NCBI GenBank assembly: GCA_951406725.2
Contig: OX597818.1
Span: forward strand, 144,522,001-144,586,000
Length of the DNA: 64,000 nt
Source: Octopus vulgaris
Lineage: Eukaryota
Reading direction: 5' to 3'
Position numbers and translations under genes: made by a program. Of the stretch, positions 53,561-64,000 are shown in pieces (position 1 is the stretch's first letter; every line of letters starts with the position of its first letter). A model generated the notes under the pieces. The model was not told where the DNA came from. It was given only the letters and a program-made list of their open reading frames with translations, and did no database searches.

Positions 53561-56500
53561 TTAAAACCATTCAGCTTGTCAAGTAGAATTTGTATATATG
53601 TTAAAGTGGGGTTTAAAAGTCAGCCAAGTGGTTATTGTATCCCACATTGAGCTGACAGGGCAGAGCTTGTAGCAGGTTGTGACCTTTAACATAGCTAAGT
53701 ATTGTATTTCGCCCTGCATTGATAATAATAGAACACTTGAACTACTGGGTTTTTTTACCATAGACATTTTATTTGTATTGTCTTTTAAGGATTAACCAAA
53801 ATGAATATATTATATTTTCAACAATTGGATGCATTTCCTAGTAGACCCCCCCACACACACTCACAAACACTTATCAACATCATTTTAACATCTATATTTC
53901 CAAGATTGTATGTGTAAGACAAAAGTTGCTGAAGCAGGTTTTTCTATGTCTGGATGTTCTTTCTTTCACCAATCTTTACTTGATTCCAAGCTAGGAAATC
54001 CACTCATAAAGGCATTGATCATCCCAGGTTATAGTAGTAGATACTTGCCCAAAGTGCTATGCATTGTGACTGAACCTGAAACCACATGATTGGGGAAATG
54101 AACTTTTTAAACATACAGCTATGTTTCTATGGCTTTCTTCCCAAACAAGAAACCTGATTTATTTCAGTTGATAAAGTCTTTTAGCTACCAAGTTGGTAGA
54201 CAAGCCTATGATTTAATGGCAGTCTTGTAAGTTAGCTTTTGTGTGTGGAGGTTGATGACTGTGACAACTTAAAGGTTTATAACTGGATGGAATTGATTTT
54301 AGCCTTTTATCAATCCAGTCTTGGTTAGAGAAAGCTTCATTGGAGTCAGCTCTGTTTTTGGTCCATTGCTGCTGCATAACTACTATGTCTGACATTGTTC
54401 TGCCAATAAAGTGACAGGGTAATGTGCTAAATTACTTTGTAAATTGTTAAACTACGGTCGTATGTAGAAATCCGAAGACTTTCTTAGTTTAATGTATTTA
54501 AAGTAACAGTTGGATAGATTGGAGTGTGCTGGTTCAACATTTAGTATATCTACCAAAATATATTTTGCTACAAGATAGTAGTGCCTGTGTATGCATTTGG
54601 AACTTTTTGATATGTAATTAGACCAGTGAAAGTAGCTCATGAAACCATGATCTAGATTAAATATTTTAATTAGTCAATTTATCAATATAGACACACACAA
54701 CAGACACTATTTATTTCCCAACTATACATGTTTAGGAATCTAAAACCAAATGCCTATCACAGGAACCTTCTCAGGTTCATGGTACCACACATGAATATGT
54801 GTGCAACACACACATACTAAATATGTGTTGATGTACTGAATGTTGTTTGCAAAAACTTCTCACTGAATTAAAATTTACTTGTATATTTGTTTGTGTGTGT
54901 ATATATATATATAAAGCAGAGTGTCTGTTCTAGTGCATCTCCCTTGCCATTCTCTGGGGTAACACCTTTTCCATTTTGTCTGCTGGAACCATGAGGCAGT
55001 CTGATAAACCTTTTTAGATATTTTTCTGTTGTGAGGAAGAGCAATAAAACAAACACATTTCACCCATACATTTTCCTGAAATTCACTTGTGATACATTGT
55101 ATTATTTGGATGTTAGCTTCTTGTAGTTACCCTTACAATACTTTCACATAGAATGATTTACAAAAAATATAGACAATCTCGACTCTGGAAATTGAAATTT
55201 GCAATGTGAAAAATGTATATTTGATATATATTCTGAGCATTAACTAACTAGAATGAGTTTAGAGAAACAGTGGTGTAACTTGACCTGACTAAATCTGTTA
55301 TTTGGACAGTATTTTGTCTCATCTAATCTTTTTATTCTGGGTTCAAATATTTTCAGGTTAGCTTTCTTTTATATCTATCAATCTGTGATCAAAATTATGG
55401 TATAATGGGTTAGTTCGGTTGTCTATTTTCCCGCCTTTGCAGAAGAGAGTCATCCTTATGCGTATGTAGTCAACGTAATTCACCATTAGTATTCTTTTAG
55501 CCTTTTGTTATTGTTTAATTGTGAATCAGCTCACACTCAGTTAAACTTTCGATCAAAGGTATTCTCACTCTATCCATCCTATCTTTGTTATGTTCATGGC
55601 TTTGACTAAATGGTTTTTTCCTCTTTATATACTGAGTTCAGATCTTACCAAGGTGGATTTTGATCCCTTTCTCCTCTGGATGGGCGAAGGGAGGGTGTTT
55701 CAATGAAATATCACAATTATACTAAATCCCCTGCCACCACCTTATAGCAGTACTTCTATCTTTCCTTATCTACAAAAGTTAACCTTTAGCCTGGTCAAAT
55801 ACAAATATTGTGCAGTTGAGTGACGTTCTTAAGAAACCATGTCTGTCTTTCTGTTTTTGATTTCCACTTAAGTTATTTCTCTGTCTTTCATAATTCTAAA
55901 ATATTGTCTTATTGTCAGTTACAATTATGCTGATGTCTAATTTTGCTAGTATTTTACAAAGGTAAGTTTGATACTTCTGTTATTAGAGAAGAAAAACCAT
56001 TTGCAATGTTTGTGTCTTTTGTTTCCCTCCAAAAAACATCGTCCATATAAATAGAGCAGTGAAGATTGAAAGTTGATGGCTGTGTCTGTTTGCCAAGAAC
56101 TTAAGATACCCAGACTAATAATAATAATGATATGTAATGTTAGTGGGGTTATGGATAGGATACTTCATTACTTGATTGATACTGATCATAATATTGACTC
56201 TGGAAATACAAAAAGGAAAGTTGAACCTTATGACATCAGAAATCTTAACATAAAGCCATTTAACAAAATACTACAAAATATTTTGCCTGGTGCTATTACA
56301 ATTCTCTAATAATAATAATTTCTTAGCCACATGTATAATTCTGTAGGAGGTAGAGGTTTGCTAACTCTGTTATGCAACAAATTATGAACCAGAAATGGGG
56401 TGAGGGAGCCACATAGGATAACTCAGAACACCTCACACTGTAGTACACCTAAGGCACGGACTATCTCCCTTTTAGTTATTATAAGCTCACTTAACCACTC

Positions 56501-57910
56501 TCATCCACCTTCCATAAAATTTACTGGAAATCAGACATTTTCTTTGTACTTTCTCTTTCTACATTTAGTAGTACTTCAAGAAGTTAATGAGGGCTTATCC
56601 TGAGGGGAAACACTCTGTCCTCAAACCTTTCAACTGCTTTAATATGTGTGAACCTACAGTAGTTTAAAGCGATGAATTAGCAGTCTTAAGAATGTCAATT
56701 ATACTGCCTCAGGTACTCATTTCAACTTTCTGTACTCTTGAGTTCAAACCTTTCTGAGGTCACTTTTGTCTTTTTATCCTTTCAGATCCAATAACAAAAA
56801 AAGTACTGACCCAGGGTGGTGGATTGGATTGGATTGGTGGTACTTTAAGAACTTCAAACCAGGACAACTTGTGGTATTTATTCTAGTTCTTTGCATTCTG
56901 AGTTCAAATCTCACCATGACTTACTAGGATAGTAGACTAAATCTCACACCTGGTTTAATACCACCACTTGGCACCTTAAATATCTTTTAGCAGAGTCCAC
57001 ACTGTTGCAAGCATCCAGGTTAGGTCTCTAATTTGAAGATGCTGCTTGCTTGCTTTCCCACCAATCTCAGAAGCCTTGTAATGGGTCATTGGCACAGCCT
57101 TTCTTTCTGACTAATATAGATATATATATAAGATAATCAATAGAATGGGGTGTACATGAAACTTAATATACTTAAGAGAGAAATAGTTGCAACATTCATA
57201 GCTTTATTAAAGATATCAGTGATATAAGGAAAATCAAATTGCTAATACCAACAATTGATTATCTAATAAATTTTCAATTAAAAAGCGGAAAAAAATTAGA
57301 TTGTAAATTTAATGTAATCTATAAGGAAACATTGGATTGGCAGAATTGTATGACCATCAGACAAAATGCCTTATATTTCATTATGGTTCTTTACATTCTG
57401 AGTTCAAATCCTGTTGAGGTCAACTTTGCCTTTCATCTTACTGGAATCAATCTAATCAATTATAACTGTCCCCTAAATATGAGGTCTTGTGCCTTTATTA
57501 GAAATCAACACATAATGTATAAAGTCTTCATGGCTGGTTTATCTAATATCAGATTTAAGATATTTTTTATAAGTATAAAAAATAAATTTAAAAATACACT
57601 TATTGCTTAAAGTTACATGACATTAAGACAGTTTGTATTTTCAAATTTGATTTACAAACTAAAAACTTGTAAAAATATATCCACTTTGTAGCTGCAGCAA
57701 CTACCAAAAGGAAATAACATACCTTACAAATGAAATGAATTCAACTTAAAACAAATTGCAAAAATTGTACAATTTTCAAATTTTAGCCACAACGGAATAT
57801 AGGTATACTTTTGAGTTTTCCAGTGTGTGAAGCTACCATCATTACAATTATAATACAAAAAATACTGCCTCTGCCATAGTTCTCTATTCTCACTACAATA
57901 CTGCTTCCAG

Positions 57911-58026
57911 CTAATTCTGACAAGTTTTGGTGGTTTGGTCACACATGGATGCATACGCAGGCCCATTTTCATGAAAATGCCAGCAGTTTAGAAGAGGACA
58001 TGAGTCTAAATAAAGAATTTGCTCAG
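57911..58026 (+). CDS. NDST: NDST exon 3B, alternative paralogous exon ((A)NSDKFWWFGHTWMHTQAHFHENASSLEEDMSLNKEFAQ)
   Basis: Acceptor ...ctgcttccAG at 57910 (phase 1), CTCAC branch-like site at 57889-57893, open frame, donor CAG|GTAATT at 58027 (phase 0); 116 nt; 18 of 39 aligned residues identical to 3A. Not in the ORF track. Confidence 0.88.
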
Positions 58027-59173
58027 GTAATTTTTTTTTACATCCTCTAGCATCCCTATATTTTTATAATTTGTTATGCACCTATATATATTTTTTTTAA
58101 ATAGATAATTAGATAAACCACCTGTGTGATTAATAGGCCTTGTCTCACTTATTTGCTTTCAATTTTCACTGGTATGTTCATATACTTTCTTCTTAACGTT
58201 GTTTATCTTGTTGCTTAGAAGAATTACTATCTTGGCTGATTTTAAATTTATGCTTGAATTTGAATAATTAAAATCTACCCCTAATTATAAATTAGTAAAT
58301 TGATTTTTCCCATTTCTTAAAAACCCATAATTTTTACTAGTAGATAATTTTCTCGTGTGTGTGATCTCTCTCTCTCCCTCCCTATTTGCGTGTGTGTTTG
58401 TGTGTATATGTGTGTGTATAAATCAGTTTCAGTGAAGATTAAAATGTTTTGCATGGAATGAAAGTCTCTTTAAATTGTTTTATTTATATTTTTTCAATTT
58501 TGTTCTTTATGAACTTTGGGCCCCTTTTATTATTCTAGCAGATTTCAAAATCTTAAGATTATGAAACATTTTCTAATATCAAAACTCGAAGCAGACCTTG
58601 TGAAAGTGGAGATATCAACTATTTCAACAGTTGACCTCCTCACTGCAAAGCTCAAAAGATCTTTCTACAAACTACCTACCATATATAAAATGAAGAACAT
58701 ATGTTCCAAGACTTCAGTTGGAGAAAGTGTGTTCCTCAATGAAAATGGTAAACATTACACATAGATTCACCAATGATGTGATTCAGTCCAAATTGACATA
58801 GCTGATATTCTAATAAACCTGGCATGTGTGTGTGAAAGCTGGCATTAAATTTATTGGGTCAGTTGCTTCAAATCAAACCTTTACACTTTAGGGGGTTTTG
58901 TCAGAACAGTTTGCAGTGTGAATTAGCTATTTAGGAAGTTAGTCTTACCAATTTCATTTTCAGGTTCACTAAATAAAGCATTTTTTAATATTAACACATA
59001 TTTAAATAGTTTACTTTTTTAATGGTTATTTATGATGTAGTTGTTAGGGCAGTGGTATATTTTTGATGAGAATAGTTAAATCTTCTTTCAGACTCCAACA
59101 TTTAAAACTTGACTTCAATTTGTCTGTTGTGGTCCAGCTTGAGAAGAGAAACATATAAAGCAGATGAGAAAAT

Positions 59174-59537
59174 AATATATGACTCTCTTGATAATCCCTA
59201 TGCCAAGATTTCTCTTGCTTTAAACAATATATGACTCTCTTGATAATCCCTATGCCAAGATTTCTCTTGCTTGCTTTAAACAATATATGACTCTCTTGAT
59301 AATCCCTATGCCAAGATTTCTCTTGCTTTAAACAATATATGACTCTCTTGATAATCCCTATGCCAAGATTTCTCTTGCTTTAAACAATATATGACTCTCT
59401 TGATAATCCCTATGCCAAGATTTCTCTTGCTTTAAACAATATATGACTCTCTTGATAATCCCTATGCCAAGATTTCTCTTGCTTTAAACAATATATGACT
59501 CTCTTGATAATCCCTATGCCAAGATTTCTCTTGCTTT
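59174..59537. repeat. 52-bp minisatellite, about 7 copies
   Basis: Unit atatatgactctcttgataatccctatgccaagatttctcttgctttaaaca; gactctc at 59181, 59233, 59289, 59341, 59393, 59445 and 59497. Confidence 0.95.
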
Positions 59538-60095
59538 CTACAATCCCACCAAGACTTTGATTCTATCTTCTGTGACGTCAGATTTGATTCTTCTTTGAAG
59601 GAATTGTTACAGTTGTTCACATTGGAATTCTGCTATCTTCATTAATGTTAAGCAAATATGTGTTCCTGGGCTTCTTTCTGCTGCTCCAGCTCTTCTTCTT
59701 TATTCCCTGATGAAGGAGGACTCACAACATGTTAGAATCCATTGGTTCCAAATATGACATACCCCTATCTACTGTATTGTGCACCCCAACATGCACTGAT
59801 TTACTGGATGGGGTGTAGTGCACAGACTTTCTCCAATATCTAGTTTGTTTTTGTGTGCCTATAGGTTCTGGTGTGTTTCTACAGGGGAGACAGGCAAATA
59901 TTTTTTGGTCGGAACACAAGAGCTGTTGTTCTTCAGCATTTTCATCCCAGTAGAATTATTCTTGCTGCTGCTGTTTCTTATCATGTTTTTGTCTGAATAC
60001 TTGAGAATAGTTGCTCATGTAGTTCACTGTGGAGGTTATGCCTTGTACTTGTGTACCTGGTCCTTCATTTAGAGTATTCCAGCTGCTATTATTAA

Positions 60096-60296
60096 CCCTT
60101 TTGTTACTGGATTTATTTTGAGATGCTCTGTGTTTCTTTCAATTACTTTAAATATAACAAAGAATTTAGTGAAATAACTTATCATTCTGCTAGTGTTAAG
60201 TACATAAATTGTGACTAAGGTTTGATGGAAGATTTTCATTCAAAACTTATGAAAACAGTTGTACTCAGAGCCAGAGCTGGATTGGTAATGAAAGGG
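60096..60296. mobile_element. piggyBac-like MITE, family 2
   Basis: TTAA|CCCTTTTGTTAC ... GTAATGAAAGGG|TTAA. Confidence 0.85.
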
Positions 60297-61776
60297 TTAA
60301 ACTCCAGTTCAGCTATTATAATGAACACCAGTGATCAATGACATTCCTGCTATGCTGTTCCATCTTTTAGGGATATATCTACATTGTCAAATGTGTGTTT
60401 TGTCCCCTTTTAAGACAGTGGCGTATGATTTAATTCGATTATTTCTGGCTTAAAGAGGCTCCCTAGTCATCTACTCTAGCTATTACTGACAACATTGAAA
60501 ATGAATTAGGTTTTGAGACTGACAGTGGGGTGAACAGTTTCAGAAATGATGTCTTTAACTCATGAATACTTAGTACAAAATGTAGAAAAAGTGCAGTAAT
60601 GATTGCTAATTTGTTTCCTGATCACTGTATTCCTTGTACTTAGCACATATTTAATCACTGACTCTATAATCAACATCTATAGCTTCACCAAAGGCATCCA
60701 TGTTGTTTAATTGCACACACAAAAACTACATTCCATTTACTTATTTAATCTCACTTCTAGAAAGCAGCACCACTCTTGTTGAGCAGTTGTTGTGTATAGT
60801 TAAAGCTTGCTTGTATTGAGGAAGCTGTCTTTATATTATTATTCTTTTACTGCTCAGTCATTGAGCTGTGACCATGCTGGGGCACTGCCTTCAAAAGAAT
60901 TATTTTTTCAGATGATACTCATTTGATCAATTCTGTTCATTGAACTGCTAAGTTTCATGGCATAGCAAGCAACATTGGTTGTCATGTATGTACTAAACTT
61001 TGAAGATGGTAGAAGACTTTTTCAGTGGAACTGAACCCAAAATGATGAGCTTGCAAAGTGAACCTATTCACCATTCATCCATCTGTATGTAGTTAATGAG
61101 TTCACTTGTTATTATATGAACATGAATAAATTATCTGTCTGTATTTTATTACAATGTGATAACCAGCTGTTGATAGATATGTATCAATTAATAATGAAAT
61201 AGTTACCTATTCATATACATACACTGTTCTTTTTTGCAAATTGAAACAGAACACTTCTGTATGACTATGTAGCATGTTATTAATATATAATCTGACATTT
61301 GTCAAGTTTATCTTTCCAGTTCTTTGTTACTTGAGGAATTTTGTTCATGGAGATCAGCTGAAAAAATATTGCCATTAGAAAGGGTCCCAAAAACAGAACA
61401 AATTCTTTAAAATTTTTGTTTCTTTCTTAATAAGTAATGTAAAAATTGTAATTAGTCACATATTTATTATTCTTGGTAATTCGTATATATAGTATTGTTG
61501 TACTGTCCAATGGGTTATTAGATATTTTGTTAACCCTATTAATTTTTTTTTATAGGAGGGATGCAGGAGGGTGTTTGAGTGGATTCTAGACTAAGGAATC
61601 GGCAGAAATGAATGAAACTGCACTTAAAAAATCTTTTGCTTATGTAAGCACAGGCAAAGCTGTGTGGTTAAGGGTTTCACTTTACAACTGCATGGTTTCA
61701 GGTTCAGTCCACTGAACTTTAAACCCTGAGTTGACCAAAGCCATGGAAATGAATTGTGGCAGAAACTGAAAAGAAG

Positions 61777-61840
<64 letters not shown>

Positions 61841-62406
61841 AATATGCCATACACTTGCATCGATAAAAATGAGGGAGTAGGAAAGTGTTGAAATAAGCTT
61901 TTCAATGATGTTTAATTATTTTTATATTTAATTATTATCAGTTTAGCTTCACAGATTGGATTATATATTTACAAATAATCTCTAATCTCAGTTAAAAAAA
62001 AAAAAAATTTGCAATATAAATTCGGATGTTATTTGTATGTTGTTTGTGTAAAAAAACCATGTGAATTGTTACTTCATTTGTAAATAAGCTTGTTGAGAAA
62101 AGCTTATTTATGAGATGCCAGCTGAATTGCTGATTGCATTAAATGTTCCATTTATCACTAGTTTATTGTAAGATATTGTAAATTAATAGATCTACTTACC
62201 AGAACTATATAAGTAAACCAGGTTATGGTTGATAGGGTGTAGGGTTTGCGTTTGAGAGGTCTTCAATTGTTTACCATCGTTTGTTGTGTGTTCTAATGAT
62301 TAACACTAACTCAGTTTATTTAGTTACGTTGCTGCTTAGCCCACTTTTAGTAGATCTACCAGCGAAGGTATTTCAGCTATGGTCATCATGTCTTTTTTCT
62401 TCCAAC

Positions 62407-62442
<36 letters not shown>

Positions 62443-63200
62443 CTACATTATCTAATGTACCTTTTTGTTAAGGTGATGAGTCTGAATTGAAGATTTGGTT
62501 GCAATTTGAGCAGGTCAAATAATTGTGTAGAGCCTATCTTGTTAGTTTAAGCTTATTGTCCTAGGTAGTTACAGCTTACTGTAGTGGGAGCACTAGAGTT
62601 AGGGTTTTCATGACAAGTGTTCAGAGGATTCCTAAGTATATGATTTTCATGAGTTAGTCAAAGTAGTACCTGGCAATATTTAAACTAAGAACAGTGAAAG
62701 ACAAAGATAAATAGATTCTATTTGGCTTTGAAGACAATGTAAGATTGTTCAGTTTTTTGCTCAATAATCTGTACAAATGATTTGTTTATAATGATCAAAT
62801 GTATGTGCCATACATTAGCTCACTCCTTCCATGAAATTGATGTTACCTGAACGGGTGAATGGTGTACCATGCGTCAAGTGTTGAAATGATCGCAGAGTAA
62901 TGTGAGATGAAGGTGTTTTACTCAAAAACACAACACACCACCAAATTTAGGAATTGAAACTATGATATCATGATTGAGTGCAACACCCTAACCATTAATT
63001 TAGGAACAAGTTCTGCGATTTTGAAGTCAGGGGATTAGCTTATTACACTAACTCAAGTATTTACTTGACTAGTATTTATCTTATCAACTCCCCCAGAGGT
63101 ATGAAAGGCAAAGTTGCTGTCAATGAGATTTGAAATCAAAACAAAGAGCTAATACTGTAAAGCACTTTTTAATGGTTTTTAATGGTTCTTGTCAATCCAA

Positions 63201-63202
63201 TA

Positions 63203-63240
<38 letters not shown>

Positions 63241-63310
63241 ACTACTACTACTACTACTACTGCTGCTGCTACTGCTACTACTACTACTAACAACAACAAC
63301 AACAACAGCA
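63201..63310. repeat. Compound trinucleotide repeat (ACT/GCT/AAC)
   Basis: Consecutive ACT, GCT and AAC runs. Confidence 0.95.
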
Positions 63311-63664
63311 ATTTATTACATCTTTTTTATAACTTAGTAATTGGAAGTGGGTTGGTGCCTGTAGCCCTTTTTAGAATAACCCCCAAGGTTGGTAGGAGAA
63401 AGGGAGGAAGATCTTAGTCTGTATATTTGCAGCAGTGTACTCTAGTAAAGGCACCTAATAGTCAGGTGACCATGTTAAATTGTGCAACAAGGATAATCTA
63501 CCACCCAAGGACTGTTCCGCTGACTGTCTTCTACATAGTTTGACTTCACCTCATTTCACTCACATGGGACTTTGCTAGAAATTGTTGGATCAAATCCCAA
63601 CTCACATAGATGATGCCCCATTTCTGCCAACACTGTAGTAGTAGTAGTAGTAGTAGTAGTAATA

Positions 63665-63875
63665 ATAATTCTTTGTACTATAGGCACAAAGCTTGAAATT
63701 TTGAAGGAGGATGCTTGTTGATTATCTTGATCTTAGTGCTCAACGGGTACTTATTTAATTGACCCTGGAAGGTTGAAAGACAATGTCAACCTTGTTGGGA
63801 TTTGAACTAATTATGAACAAAATCCTGTTAAGCATTTTGTTTGACATGCTAACAATTCTGCCTGCTCTCTGCTTT
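63665..63875 (-). mobile_element. Decayed tRNA-derived SINE (20217-like family, reverse)
   Basis: ggtacttattt..ttgacc..gaagg.tgaaag...gtcaacct...gatttgaact...attctgcc.gctc; similar reverse copy at about 36060-36210. Confidence 0.6.
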
Positions 63876-64000
63876 TATAATAATAATAATAATAATAATG
63901 ATTCATTTTCGTTTCCAACAATGGTAAAAAAAAAAAATGCTGAAACCTCACACCCATTCGTTCTTTACCATTCAACGAGGGTGGTCCTGATATGTGCCAG

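Noticed and set aside
54972-55004. HFVCWNHEAV*, faintly like MWHHEQ
   Set aside because: In-frame stop, no WWF motif and no matching exon boundaries.
59174-59537. CRISPR-like periodic array
   Set aside because: Units are contiguous and identical with no unique spacers, in a eukaryotic intron.
58027-64000. Next NDST exon (expected HGIP...YAVAPHHSGVYP)
   Set aside because: Not found by eye on the + strand; presumably beyond the window end.

Overview
AT-rich, repeat-dense animal genomic DNA; the SINE, RTE-LINE and MITE families look like those of octopus/coleoid cephalopods (inference, not checked). The only real gene is the 5' half of a + strand heparan sulfate N-deacetylase/N-sulfotransferase (NDST, sulfateless-like). 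It has a large first coding exon (acceptor 4064, ATG 4369, donor 5374), exon 2 (20950-21076), and then two divergent, same-phase versions of the next exon: 3A (33854-33966) and 3B (57911-58026). Both encode the WWF-x-H-x-W-x-H metal-binding segment of the deacetylase active site. They cannot be joined in frame to each other, which points to mutually exclusive splicing of the catalytic core; this is the main finding. Supporting observations are a hairpin over the 3A donor, a possible competing long-range pairing, and a 5' leader packed with uORFs, one ending Pro-Pro-stop. I found no downstream NDST exons, so the gene probably continues past the window. The remainder is RTE-LINE remnants, tRNA-derived SINEs, hAT, piggyBac-like and mariner elements, and micro/minisatellites. 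Almost all other ORFs in the supplied track are spurious.
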